This document shows positions 39,246-52,706 of a stretch of DNA of 64,000 nucleotides, piece after piece. Positions within the stretch are counted from its first letter, which is position 1. Every line of letters begins with the position of its first letter. The stretch is taken from assembly GCA_013239625.1 (NCBI GenBank), contig MU056050.1, positions 1,660,084-1,724,083 on the forward strand. Reading direction: 5' to 3'. The translations under genes and the position numbers were made by a program. A model generated the notes under the pieces. The model searched no databases and was not told the origin of the DNA. It was given only the letters and a program-made list of their open reading frames with translations. The stretch is from Lama guanicoe. Lineage: Eukaryota.

Positions 39246-40291
39246 ATTGCTGTAAGTGAAGTAAAAAAGAAATAAGAACTGTTTACTGAAATTCATTTTA
39301 GAACATTTTGAATAACACATTTCTACTGTGTAATCTTTTGGCTCTGCTCTTGCAATACATATGGAATCCTATTCTGAAATAAAATGTATTTACCAATGAA
39401 TTAGTAGAGAATGTTAAGAGAAATGGTACCACTAATCACACTAATCTTAATACCCTCTTCTAGTTATCCACCGTGTCCAAATGTCTTTGAAATTGGAAAC
39501 TTTGGAAGACGTGAATTTTTCCCTTTCATTTCAAACAGAAATGCCTTCTGTGAAGTTTGTCATAAGGTTGATTGGTTTTCACAAAGAACACCTTCTAGAG
39601 CCGGGATAGCACTAGGTTTCTTTTCATATGCAAATTCCTATTGTTTGTAGTGGCCACCTGGGGTACTGCTAAGGAGAATTCTAAGGCTATTTCCTGGCTC
39701 AGCCAGAAAGAATCCCATGATTAATTTATCATGTCCATGGCTGAAGAAAAGGGAAGTGGTATTTCAAATGTCAAATATTTGTTATCTCTTCTGTAGAGAC
39801 CATTTTATCCTCTTAATCCTGATGACTAAAATTTGGGCAGCTTCTGCTGGTGGGTACTGATCATTTCTGATGGAGTAGTGCAGAGTTTTCATTTTTCTCA
39901 GGGGTGCATAAGTGAGAGGTGTGAAAGATAAATCATTGGTCTATTATATTCCAAGGTAACACAATTTGATATCTACGTTTCATAATCCTTAGGGAAAAAT
40001 ATGCCTGGAGCAAGATTAAAAGAAATAGAAAATCGATGTACAAGGCAACTCATCAGTTTTATTAAAATAAGCTACTTTGATATCTTTCTTAAACTTTGAT
40101 TTTTGTTTGGACTTAAGGAAATATGCTAAATTCTTTCTCCTAATGTGCTTTTAGGCTCTGTAAAGAGGCTTTTGGACCTAGTCATTTACGTGCAACAAAA
40201 GCAAGCAGTTTGTAACTTTGATGTTAAAGCCCCACATCCACAGTATTCCATTGTGGTTATTAGTTGAGTATCTTGTAGCTTGTCTGACCCT

Positions 40292-40772
40292 TGCGAACGA
40301 AACATACTGCAAACCATATCAGTAAACAAAGAATGCTGAAGCCATCAAGTCATCAGCGGCTGCCTCCACCCTGACAGTGAGCTCAGGGTGCAAATAAGCC
40401 TGCAGCCCAGCCTCTGCAGCCTCCCGCAATGGTGCCCTCTCGGGGACTCAGAATAAGAAAGGACAGGATACTGGCCCTAGATAACTAGATGCTTGTCAAA
40501 GGAATGATTTCAATGAGCCCATACATAGAAAAACGCTAAATTCTTTAACTTGAGATCTCTGGTTTTCTTTAACAGTAATCTTTAATGTTCTGACTACCTG
40601 GTCTTTGTTGTAAAACTCATATATCCTGGCTTCTTCCCTACCTCTTCGGAGCAGTCCCTAAGAGCAACCTGGGAGGCTGTCATCCCGGGCTCAATGGGGT
40701 TCGTGTCTCAGAAATGTCTGCCAAATAAAACATAACTCAACTTTTAGACTGTGCATTTTATTTCAGTCGACA
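40292..40772 (+). mobile_element. ERV1 solo LTR (MER34/MER39-like group), copy 1
   Basis: TG..CA termini, perfect 4-bp TSD ccct, AATAAA at ~40724. Confidence 0.85.
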
Positions 40773-41663
40773 CCCTTCACCCTGTCCTTAGATTATTACC
40801 TTTCATTATTGTGATTTTCAGTAAAATCTTAAACTGTTTTCCCTATTTCCTCCATTTCTTAGTCTGCCCTTTTCCAGTCTGTCTGGAAACATAAAAGGAA
40901 GTGCAATCAGCACACTGATCTCCTTTCTCCTCAGGCCTCTCAAGATCCTATCACTCTCCCCCTCTAATGTGGTTATGGTTACCCAAGTAACTAAATTATT
41001 GATATGGTTTACCTTCTACTCATTCTTCTCAAAATAATCCAGTCCCAGAATCTCTTTATTTCCCCATCCTATCTAATGAGAGCTTCATCTACAAAGAAAA
41101 TTCTCTTTTTAGTCAAATACTCATTTTGCAATATTTCTTTCTGTAAATGCCAAATTATTCCTTAAAGGGAAATTATTATTTTTTATTATTTTTAACACTT
41201 GAAAGAATATTTCAATGCATTAACCACTTAATGGTTAATGAAAACATTTTTGCTTTCCAACCTAAATATAGTTAGCACCAATAAATTTGTGGTATCTTTA
41301 TGAATACCAACTGACATTACCTGTTTCTGTCCTCCCTGACTGCTCTCTCTTAAGCTCTCTTGAGCCACAACCTAGCAGCCTAGGTTGAAATGATGCTGCT
41401 ATGCAATATATCAAATGCCCAAAGTCTCACTTCCTTCTTTGGGATGCCAAAATGTTATACAATCTTAGCCAGGGGAATTGCTAAGAAAATAGATTACTGA
41501 ATTATATTTTAATTTGTTCTTAATGTAGTTACCATTCACCTAAGTAAATTATATAAATAAAAATTCTTCTTATCAGATCCTAAGTTATTGGGAATCAATG
41601 TGCATTTTACTTTGTTCATTCAAATAAGAGCCTTGCATTCTTGGGTAAGTTCACATTGCTTAA

Positions 41664-42136
41664 TGTAGATATCATGAAAGTGCAATTCCATATCAGTAAA
41701 CAAAGAATGCTGAAGCCATCAAGTCATCAGTGGCTGCCGCCACCCCCCAGTGAAGACAAGCCTGCAGCCCAGCCACTACAGCTACTCACAATGGTGCACC
41801 TTGAGGGGACTCAGAATAAGAAAGGACAGGATACTGGCCCTAGACAGCTAGGTGCTTGTCAAAGGGATGAATTCAATGAGCCCAAATGTTTGCTCCCTCC
41901 CATACATAGAAAAGCGCTAAATTCTTTAACTTGAGATGCCTGCTTTTCTTTAGTTAACAAGTAATCTTAATGTTTCAACGGTCTTTGTTGTAAAGCTCCT
42001 GTATATCCTAGCTCCTCCCCTACCTCTTGGGAGCAGTTCCTCAGAGCCATCTGAGAGGCTGTCATCCCGGCTCAAGTCCTCTCGCCAAATAAAACATAAC
42101 TCTCAACTTTAGGCTGTGCATTTATCTTAGTCAACA
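41664..42136 (+). mobile_element. ERV1 solo LTR, same family, copy 2
   Basis: Long identical stretches with copy 1 (ccatatcagtaaacaaagaatgctgaagccatcaagtcatcag; ggggactcagaataagaaaggacaggatactggccctaga); start may be 41664 or 41681. Confidence 0.85.
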
Positions 42137-42526
42137 AAAGTTATTCTCAAAACCATACTGCTGTTCTTGGCCTATTGTTTACAGCTCCTCCACAACCTGA
42201 TTACTCCTGGTATGGCTTGCTTGCAAAGGCAATGTTTTCCCAGTCAAAGTTGATGGAGAATCTGAGGACAACCACATGGATACCAGGCAATTAGAGAAGA
42301 TCTAAATCCACCCTTCAAGTTATTTCTTAATGGGTAAAATAAATATCCGGATTATTGAAGAAAATTGAGGTTCTGTCTTAAAATATCCAAAAAATTTGCC
42401 TCTGTTCTACATGCATCTTTATATTCCTTAACAAAAAAAAGGCATCATACAGCAGATCTCAGTGGCAATGTGAAAGGTTTCACAAGTGTTATTAGTATCT
42501 TTTAAAGCAGAGATATTTGCAAACTC

Positions 42527-43317
42527 TTTAAAAAGTCCACAAACAATAACTGCTGGAGAAGGTGTGGAGGAAGGGAAGCTTCCTACACTGTTGGTGGGAA
42601 CGTAGTTTGGTGCAGCCATTATTGAAAACAGTATGGAGATTCCTCAAAAGACTGAAAATAGACTTACCACATGACCCAGCAATCCTACTCCTGGGCATAT
42701 ATCTGGAGGGCACTCAAATTTGAAAAGATACATGCACTCCAATGTTCATAGCAGCACTATATACAATAGCCAAGACATGGAAACAACCTAAATGTCATTC
42801 GACAGATGACTGGATAAAGAAGCTGTGGTATATTTCTACAATGGAATACTGCTCAGCCATAAAAAAGAATAAAATAATGCCATTTGCAGCAATATGGATG
42901 AACCTGGAGATCATCATTCTAAGTGAAATAAGCCAGAGAGAGAAAGGAAAATACCAAATGATTATCACTCATCTGTGGAATCTAAAAAAAGAAAAAAGAA
43001 GACACTAATGAACTCATCTACAAAACAGAAACAGACTCACAGACATAGTAAAGAAACTTACGGGTTACCAGGGGAGAAGGAGATGGGAAGGGATAAATTG
43101 GGAGTTTGAGATTTGCAAATACTAACTACTATATATAAAATAGATAAGCAAAAATTTTCTTCTGTATAGCACAGGGAACTATATTCAACATGTTGTGCTA
43201 ACCTCTAATGAAAAATATGAAAAGGAATATATATATATATGTATATATATATGTATGACTGAAACATGCTGTACACTAGAAATTGATACAACATTGTCAA
43301 CTGACTATACTTCAATA

Positions 43318-43364
<47 letters not shown>

Positions 43365-43365
43365 A
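42527..43365 (+). mobile_element. Lineage-specific 5'-truncated L1 with (TAAA)n tail
   Basis: ORF 42742-43008 MFIAALYTIAKTWKQPKC...WIKKLWYI; full 3' UTR and A-rich tail. Confidence 0.95.
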
Positions 43366-43544
43366 ATGAATTAAAGTGAACTCAAGTTTACCCTCCTCTT
43401 TCCTTACTTGCATTTGGATATATGGAAAAGAAAGTAGTGGAATTACGGCTAGGACCCACAAATTCTGCATTTTCTATGATCATTGAGGGGTCATAAGTAT
43501 GACTATCATTTGCTCTGTGTGGTATAATGCAACAAAACAATGAA

Positions 43545-43700
43545 TACCACTGGTTGAAGGGTATAAGTCCTGGCCTAAGAAATCAGTAGTACTAGGTTCA
43601 AATTCTATCTTCATCACTTACTAATGATGCATCACTTCCCTTCCCAGCGCTTCAGTTTCCCAATCTACAGTTTAAAGAGTTATACAAGATTATTATTGTG
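43545..43700 (+). mobile_element. MIR SINE
   Basis: ctaggttcaaattctatcttcatcacttactaa...cttcagtttcccaatctac. Confidence 0.65.
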
Positions 43701-43924
43701 AATTTTCTTTCTCATTTTCAGCTGACCTCAGGTGCACAGAATGGATTAATCATAAGATTTGATTCAATAGATGCTCATGAAGAAAAAGACTGGATAGAAT
43801 CTTCATAGGTTTACAAGTCAAACTATGTTATCTTTTACTCTGTCAAGAATATCGATATCATTGTCAGAAAGAAACCAATATTCCAAATTGAGTTCCTAGA
43901 TCATTGTGGTACTAATTTCATTCT

Positions 43925-44612
43925 TCAGCTTTATTGAGATAAAATTGGCATAAACCATAGTGTAATTTTAAGGTATACAATGTGATAATTTGATACATAT
44001 ATATTGTGAAATGCTTTGTCACAAAAAGGTTACTTGCCACATCCTTTACCTCACATAATTATAATTTTGTTGTGGTGGTAAGAACATTGAAACTACCTCC
44101 ATAGCAACTTTCAAGCAAACAATATCGTACTGTAAGCCGTTCTCACCAGGCTGTACATGAAAGCACTGGAACATATTCATTTTATAACTGAAAGTTTGTA
44201 CCGTTTAACCAGCATCTGCCCATTTCCCCAACCCATTAGTCCCTGGCAACCACCATTCTACTCGTTTCTTGAGTTTGATGTTTTTAGATTCAACACGTAA
44301 GTGAGATCATTCGCATTTGTCTTCCTTTGTCTGATTTATTTCATTTGGAATAATGCCCTCCAGATTCACCCATGTTGTCAAAAATGACAGGATTTCCTCC
44401 TTTTTTATGGCTGGATAATATATTTGGATTGAAATTTTGTAGTGATCTATTAGCTTCATAAATTTAGATGTTTAGCTCAGTCCCTAGTTCCGGGACGTTC
44501 TAAATTATTGTTTATTTAAATAAGCTCTCTATCTTTTTCTCCCTCTCTTGTTCTAGAGCTTCAATGATGGAGGCTGGGATCTTCTAATCTGCTGTCTTGG
44601 TGACATCACTTT
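43925..44612 (-). mobile_element. L1MA9-like element reduced to 5' end + ORF1 fragment + 3' end
   Basis: 43925-44422 is an L1MA9-type 3' end; 44423-44567 is ORF1-like; 44565-44612 is 5'-end-like (gtgatgtcaccaagacagcagattag on the minus strand). Confidence 0.7.
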
Positions 44613-44819
44613 CCTGGCATTTTTTTTTTTTTTGATTCATATTGAAGGTCTGTCTGGACACCATCTTGTCTAGGTAGAGCCAAGAAAACTGTCCACAATC
44701 TTTATCGCCACCATGTAAAGCTCAGAAACATTTTCTTCAGTAGAGCTACTTATGTACAATTCTAGGTTGCCAATGGCCATTGCTGGTTCAAAGTGCTAAC
44801 AGACTTAGCAAAATAGTTG

Positions 44820-46670
44820 TCCATACTATTACACTGCTTCTGACCACTCTCCTTTCATTCTGTCTAGAATCTATTCCAGTTAGACTTTCTCAGCCAAAAC
44901 TGCTCTTGATAAGCTTCCCATTGACTTATGCCTTGCTAAATCCAATGGTTAATTTTTATGTATCATCTTACTCAATCCATTATTCTCTCCTTCCAGGAAA
45001 AAAGATTATTTTGTAATTCACTCCTGATTCATTTGTTTCACTGACCACTTATCTTCAATCTCCTTTGCTAGTTTTTCCGTGTGGCAGAGACCGGCTAGAT
45101 GTTCATTAAACTCATTTCCTCTACTTCCTTAGCACATACTTCCAGTACATTTCCCTGTCTCCCCGCCCCACTACCACAGTTCTTTGTAGCCACATGATTG
45201 TTAATGGAAAGTGAATACAAGTTACATGCTCATATTTCAAACCTGGCCCATAAAGTACTCCACTCACTATCTTCCAAATTCATTTCTTTTCTACCAGTCT
45301 GATGCAACACGATGAAATTTAATGCTGTGATTGTGATCATTTGGGAAGCAAGGTAATTAAAGATAGTGGAAATGTGAGTTAGGTCACTGTGGGAAAACCC
45401 CCCACACCCCCATCAGTAGCATTCATTTTGGAATTTACCTTAAGATACAAGTGTCTGTTTTCTTAAGCCATTTAGCAACTGCTTGTTAGAACAAGCAATC
45501 TTTACTTACGTGTGCTTTATTTTTCTGACTCCTTAATGTTACCTTGCCTCAAGTATTAGTCCATGCACCTCTTATCTTTTCTATATGTATTTCTCTCCTT
45601 TGAAGATCTCATTCAGACTATATGCTAATGATTCACAAATGTATATATCTAGCCTAGACCTCTCTCCTAAAATCAGACTTATATAAACAATTGTTTACCT
45701 GACATCTCTAATTGAATTTAATACTTAATATGTCCAAAACTGAACCCGTGATCATCCCCCTAAAACTTGTTCCTCACACTATTTCCCATCTCAGTTATTG
45801 TCCACTGCACCCTTTTACCCACAAGTCTAAAATCTTTGGAGTAATCATTGACCCATCTCTTTCTTAACATCCTCACATCAAATTTGTCAGAAAATCCTCA
45901 TGATTCTGCCTTCAAAATATATCCAGAATTCAATCAGTTCTCACCACCTCCATCACTACTAACTTAGTTCTAAAATTGTCTTCTCTCGTCTGGATTATTG
46001 CAGTAGTCTCCTAATTGGTCTCACAACTTCCTCTTTTACTTCCATGTAGTTTATTCATCACACAGCAAGGTGATCCTCTTAAATTGTTAAGTTATACAGT
46101 ATCACTTCTTTGTTTAGAAACTTCCAATACCCTTTCATTTCACCCATATTAAAGGCCAATATCCTCACAATGATCTGAGGCTACTTAATCTGACCTTTGA
46201 TCTTTTTTTCCTACTATTGTCTGCCTTGCTAGTTCTTCTGCAACCACACTGACCTGCTCACTGTTCCCCCAAACATACCAGTCACACTCCTACTGCAAGT
46301 CCCTTTGTACTTCCTATTCTCATTGCCTAAACTTTTCATTTCTAAGATAGCAGAACAGTTAATCTCACCTTCTTTAGGTCTTTACTCAAAAGCAGCCTTC
46401 TCAGTTAGGTCAATCCTCACCACCCTATGTAAAATTATAAACCCCCAACCTACCCCTTACATACTCCCTAGCCCCTCTCTGATTTATCTCTCTCCACATC
46501 ACTTATCACCAACTAAGGTACTACATACATTTTACCTATTACTTATTTTGTTATGTTCCACAAACTAGAAAGTAAACTCCATGAGAACAGGACTCTTGTT
46601 CGTGCTACACTCCTAGCACCAAGCACAAGTACACAGTAGGTTCACAATAAATGACTTAAATGGATGCATT
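44820..46670 (+). mobile_element. Long L2 fragment reaching the 3' end, split by an MLT1 LTR
   Basis: ttgctaaatccaatggt...tatgctaatgattcacaaatgtatatatctagcc (YADD-like)...gtaaactccatgagaacaggac...cacagtagg. Confidence 0.85.
45080..45510 (+). mobile_element. Old MaLR LTR (MLT1H/I/J-like)
   Basis: tgtggcagagac...tacatttccc...ttaagccatt...ttgttagaaca. Confidence 0.65.
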
Positions 46671-47359
46671 TTGTATCATGTCTCTCTTAAATTCTTTCAG
46701 TCAGAATTGAGCAGATCTTCCTCCACTATCCACAGATCCCTGTAGCAAATGGCAAGGCAAGAAGCCACCCCTGTCAGTCCTGGCTGACTGTTTCCGTGGC
46801 ACATATGAACCTCCCAGCCACTCACCAAGGTGGCTTAAAACAGCTAATTCCCATGCAACTGGAGTTGTCATCCATCACATAGCTTCACTATGGTGCTACT
46901 CAGGCTGTGGCTGAAAGGTCTGTCCCCAGGGTCCCTTGGCCTGGCAGAATCCATCTCCACTGACTTCTATTTAATATCCTGCCAGCTATCTGAGCCTCTG
47001 TTACTGTAGTAAAGACTGATAAATAACTATCATCTTCCTGGCACTGAAGATTTTTTCTCCCTTCCTTCCTGAGATGCACCTGATTCGTTTTTACAGCAAG
47101 CTTTTGGGAGGAAGGAGATTCTGTTTTGTTTGTTCTCAGTTTCATTACCTCTATCCGTATTGTGCTGAAATCTGTAAGTCACTTATCTGCATCTGCTTAC
47201 AGTATTCCTTTTGGCATTTGATCACTCTCTCTACTTGTGGTCTACTTTCCCCTAGAGCTATGGGCCATCAACACATATTATCACTTTCTTGACTGTAAAA
47301 TAATCTGAGTAAATATTTTTATAAAACAGAATGATTTTATGACATTTAAGATGATCACA

Positions 47360-47660
47360 CGTTAGTGTTGTAAGCACATTTAGAAGTCATCTTTTCCAAC
47401 ACATTCATTTTCCAGATAGGGAAATTTGAGTCCCAGAGAATCTGAGTGACTGTAGTTACTTAGCATTCACAAAGTGCTTTCACAATTATGTCCTTGTTTC
47501 AATAATTCTATGGGGCAATAATTATTATTCCCATTTTATAAATAAGAAAATTGGAAACTGGGGCTCTGAAAGGTTGAATGACTTCCAAATGTCACAGACA
47601 CAGCAGAGGCAGGTCTCCTAATCATATGTTCTTTCCATTATACTCCATTGCTTCCCACGT
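47360..47660 (-). mobile_element. Two adjacent MIR fragments
   Basis: cattttccagatagggaaatttgagtcccagaga; attcccattttataaataagaaaa...tgacttccaaatgtcacag. Confidence 0.7.
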
Positions 47661-48939
47661 GCACCTTAGGGAAAAGAAGTGCTAAGCTCTTAACTTTGTG
47701 GGATGTAAAAGGGGAGAAGGAAGGGTTGTACAAAGAACATGTTGACTCACAGCTAAACTGATTATTCTCAGGAAGAACAGTCTACTTTACATCTTTGTCA
47801 CCACTCTTCTGACAGCTGATGTGGTGCTAAGTCTCCAAGGGCATAGATGACACAAAGCTTCTTTTAGACACAAAGCAGCAAAGGTGAATCCATTGGCCCT
47901 TAAAGATGACCTCAGCCCCACACAGCTTCAGCACTGCCAGTTGGCAAACAGAAGTAGTAGTCAAGGTCATTCTTTGTAAGTCTTTGTGGGTAAGTAAGAA
48001 ACATTAGACAAGCTGTCTCTGCTTCATGAGAGTATTTGCTCTCTGAATTCTAAAGTCAGAAGGAATACACCATATTTCATCAATTAAATTTTTCTTCTTT
48101 TTCTCAGATGTGTTACTATTTACAACTCAAACTTGCCATCTCTTAGTGTTAAGTATGTGTATATGTGTGTATGTGTTACACTAATGATGGTAAACTCTGG
48201 CTATAGATTGAGTTCAGGTATAGTCTTCCCAGCCAGTATGTTGGTCTATTCATGACAAAACAGTCCTTCAGCACAGAGCCTTCAACAACTTCGTAAGAAT
48301 ACCTGAAGTGCTGTGAACTGTGGTTAAGGTCTCTTGAGACCTCAGTTCAGTCAAGTGGATTTAATGCAACATAATTATCCTTTTTTCACCTCTTCTTGTC
48401 TAGATTCTAGAAGTTCCAGATATCTTTGGGGAACATATGAAATATGCCATTGTTGAGCTATATTATATATTTATTCAAGGTACAATATTTGGCCTGAAAT
48501 ATGAAATTCAAGCAATTATCTTACACAGTTGCATGAACTCTACATTTTGCCTTTCTGAGCAATGCCTTTGGCTTACTTAGCATTTTCAACTGTGAGCAAA
48601 GTAATCACCACACAACATCTTATCTAGAGGCAGTGGGATAAAGCAAGCAGATAACAAGACTGGAATATAGCTCTGTCTTATACTAAGCTGTTTCATACTT
48701 GGTTATGCCTCAGAACTTTATGAGACTAATACCCTTCCAAAAAAGTGTTTAACTGTATCATACTGAACCAAATATAAGGGATTTTTATTCAATTAGCTGG
48801 TTTCATGTACTTTTGGGGAACAGGAAAAGTCAGGGCCGCAGAAACCAGAAAGTTTGGTTAACTATCATCACAAAAAATTTCCAAGAAGGAAATGGGAACT
48901 GTTCACGTATGTCCCATATATTCAGCTATTGATTGGGGA

Positions 48940-49670
48940 AAACAACTTTCTAACTGGCCTTCCTGTCCCATCATTCCATTCTCCACACTATTATTGGAGG
49001 GATCATTTTAAAATGCAAATTGCTGTCACTCCCTCACTTAAATCCGTTCAGTGGATTCATACTGCATTTTGGATAAGGTCCAAATTTCTTAACATAACCT
49101 AAATAAACCTGCATGATCTCAAACCTGACTGACTCTCCAGCCTCAAATAATACCTTTCCCCAACAGAATGAAATATGTTATAATAAATTAACTTCTATTA
49201 GCATATGTTGTTCCCTCCACTTGAAACACTTTTCCCAGTGAGCCTCCCCAGCCTTTGGCCCTTTTCCACCTACACACTTATTCTGTTTCTCCCTTTACCT
49301 TGATAGTTAACACGCATTCTTCAAGTCTCAGTTTAGATGTTCATTTTGAAACACTCTAGACCATGTTCGATAGCTCTACAATGTGCTCTCGTGATATGCT
49401 ATAAATTCCATATCTTAGATTGAAATGTATTAGAACTGATTGATTTAAATTTTTAGTTTTTGCTGGACTATGAGCTCCTTAAAGGCAGGGAATGTTTCTC
49501 TTTCACTATTGTAAGCAGTTTAACATAGTAGCTATGAGTGCAGGCTCTGGCAGAACTGCCTGGCTCCACACCACTTTGACCTTGGGCGGATTATTTGACC
49601 TATGGTTTTTGTCTACAGTGCCTGGCACGCAGCACATGCTCGGTAACTGCATGATGAATGAGTGAATAAG
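48940..49670 (+). mobile_element. L2 3' region with embedded MIR fragment (~49520-49600)
   Basis: ctttctaactggccttcctg...ggactatgagctccttaaaggcaggg...acagtgcctggcacgcag...gatgaatgagtgaa. Confidence 0.75.
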
Positions 49671-50299
49671 GAGTAGAATCAGGTAGGTCTTACTGCTAAC
49701 AGCAGGCTCTGTGAGAGTAGAAACACAACCCATCCTTCTCATAATTGAATTCTTAATGCCTAACATAGCTTCAGGTATCAAGTACTTCCTCAGTCCATAC
49801 GAGTTATATAAGTTCAGGTGATGAAGAACTCCAATTTTGTGTATGTTTATTATAGTTACTAAAAATTCTATTAAAACTTCAATAAACAAATTTCCAAAAT
49901 CAAACATTAACATAGAATCCGAATCTTTCCCTGTAAACCATTTTATTATCATTGGGGATGGAGTCAGATTATAGTGGGTTCTCAGTGAAACTAACCAGCA
50001 GTATGATTCACACTAAAAAGAAAAGGAAAGGAAAAAAAAAAAAAAAGAAGCCCTCACAAAATTCCTTCCCTAAAGTTAAAAACATTAAAGGGTTACTTTC
50101 AAAGTGCTACTTTTAAGTGAATCCCCCCACTGATTAGTACAAGTTAGCCCTGATGGAAAATGGCTTTGAAAGCTGAATTTGAACTTCCCAGCTGAGGCAG
50201 CAGTGCTCAGGGGAGCAGCAAGCAGCATCGTTCTCGCCTGCACATGCACGCATGGGAAAGACTCACGGTCCTTGACACAGCCTAGAAGACGACAGCCAG

Positions 50300-50515
50300 G
50301 GGCTTGCATCCTAGTGCCACAACTTCTTAATCCTGTAATCCTGAGCAAGTTACTTGACCTCCTTAAGCCTCCGTGTTTTCATCTACAAAATGAGATTAAC
50401 ATCACACTGCACAATTGCTGTAAGTACTAAATACAATCTTGTATATAGAGTGCATAACATGGTGCCCGGTACATGGTAGGTACTCAAGAAATGGTAGCTA
50501 CTTTTTTATCATTAT
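50300..50515 (+). mobile_element. MIR SINE
   Basis: ctgagcaagttacttgacctc...ttttcatctacaaaatgag...ggtactcaagaaatggtagcta. Confidence 0.85.
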
Positions 50516-50669
50516 GGGTTTTAACCCTTGAGAGCTCAATTTCTTGGTTGGATCATCTCAGCAGGAGCACAGCAGTCATTTTCCAAATGTAAAAACTTAG
50601 TTCCTTGGTGACCCTTTGCCAGAGGGTCTTACTGTTATAAGCAGCAGAGAGTCTCTTAGAATCACCATG

Positions 50670-50895
50670 TTTGAGTAGAACATTAGAGTCTTGGTTGCTC
50701 CATTTTCTAGCTCAGTGACCTTAGACAAGTTACTTATAACCTCTGTGCCTTACTTTCCTCTTTCAGAAAATGGAAATAGTAATGGCATCTAGCTCATCGG
50801 GTTGTTACGAGGATTAAATGAAATTGTTTATTATAGCCCTTAACAAGAGACCCCATACATTGTACAAACTTAACAAATGTTAGGAATGATAATGA
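50670..50895 (+). mobile_element. MIR SINE
   Basis: gtgaccttagacaagttactt...gggttgttacgaggattaaatga. Confidence 0.85.
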
Positions 50896-51009
50896 CATAA
50901 AAGGCTCATCCCTGGCCTTTGAAATCTACTAGATTTTCCTGTTATAATGAATGAAAGACTGATAGGAAATTATAATCTTGAGAAGAGTTTACTGAGTGAA
51001 AAAAAAGCT

Positions 51010-51255
51010 GCTCCATTTATTAAGCACTTACTGTATCCACAGTACTCTTCTAGATGCTTTATAGACATTACTTTCATCTTTACAGCAACACAGTGTGGTG
51101 GACATGATTATTCCTATTTAAAAAAAAAACATTAAGATACTTGAAGAAAGCTATCCAAGACCACATACCTAAGAAATGGACTAAGAGAAAGGCAGAATTG
51201 GGATCTGAGCCCAGGCCTGTCTGACACCAAAGCCTGTGTTCTTTTCACTACATCT
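51010..51255 (-). mobile_element. MIR SINE
   Basis: catttattaagcacttactgta...ggatctgagcccaggcctgtctgacaccaaagcc. Confidence 0.8.
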
Positions 51256-52706
51256 TTAATCCGTCATTAAGAATTTGTTTACCAGATTAGCTAGCTGTCA
51301 TCAGTAAGAGAGAGGCCCCCTGAGGATGAGACAGAGGGCAAAAAGTTCAAGAAGAAAGGAGAACAAAAGAAAACAGCTCAAACATGGGTTGGCCTCAGGC
51401 CAGTCCTGTCAAAAGCGCTAGTCCCTGGCACTTCATCTAATTGCCTCAAGGTACATTGGTTTTGCCTGTGTTTTTTGCCCTAGGTTTATATTGATTCCCC
51501 AATCTGTAAAAACTTATCCTAAAGCTCAGTATTTAAATTTCCATAGCAGCTGTGAAATGTACCAAGTTTCTTTTTTGCTCTGCCTTGATTTTTAAAATTC
51601 ATATAGACTTTCCTTTCACCTTTTTATTACATACATTTTATGTTTTTTCCTCTACTGACCTGACTCTCTCCCAGTACCTGCACTGCTGGGAATGGCTGCA
51701 CATCTCTATCAGGTAGACCTTAAGTGGAAAAAACCCAGCATCACACAGAGGCAGAAGGTACTATTTCAATGTAGCGTATGGATAATCTGCTTTTTTGTTT
51801 TTGTTTTGTCACTATTTCATCTGTTTTTCTATCAGCTCTCTTACCACTGAGGAAGCTATTTCATTTACTTTTCTTTTTTGTCCATTAGAGTTCAAGGTCC
51901 CATCCTCCCTCCTTACATTCTAGACGTGTAGACTGATTTGTGATATCACGGTTGTAGCCAGACAGAAAACTGCAAAGTTACCCAAACTAAATAGATCTAC
52001 AACAGAGCAAGGAAGTGACTCAGGAATGCAGAATCAGGGAAGCTGAAGTGCTTCTGAAAATTGTACAGCCCTAGAAAGTGGATAGTATAGTGGGCTTGCT
52101 GAGGTATTTAGGAGGTACCTTTAATCCGTCTGAGAATCTCTCAAAATGTACACCAAACAATAATGTGCTATTGTGAAGTACCTCCAGGAGAGAAGCAAAT
52201 AAGACCCTCAGATTTGAAGTCTGCTCAATTGTAGCTCTTGTCACACAGCCAAATCTTTCTTAAACCACCCTTGCAGCCCTCCCCAATAGTCCCCCAGGCA
52301 CTTCTATTTTAAGTACAATTCAAACAAAGAAAGAAGAAGGTTCTGTTTATTCTTAGATCTTCACATTTCTCCTTCCTCTCTCACCCAAGGATCTCAATTG
52401 ATTATTAAGCTGAGTTAACAAGTAGGGCGATTAAAGAGACTAGATGAGGGATCTGCTTTCAGATCTTCAGGAAAGTAAAACTCAGATGGATCATTTGCAA
52501 TCTGGTATATGTAGATGATTAGCTATCCCAGATCAAGCCAGGACTTGAGAAAGAATCTATAAGGAAGACAAAGCTACTAAAAGATGCACTCACTGACCTC
52601 CTGTTTACATTTCTATCATCTAGTGTCATGATACTTTTCTTTGAATTTACACCCCCTTTCCTTTATCACACCCAGTCATGACTATCAGTTTAAAAAGGCA
52701 TGGCTT

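Noticed and set aside
40292..42136. Two direct LTRs as a deleted provirus
   Set aside because: The first LTR has its own perfect TSD (ccct), no shared outer TSD exists, and the 0.9-kb spacer shows no PBS, polypurine tract or retroviral coding sequence.
49506..49952. 148-aa minus-strand ORF
   Set aside because: Runs through MIR/L2 remnants; spurious.
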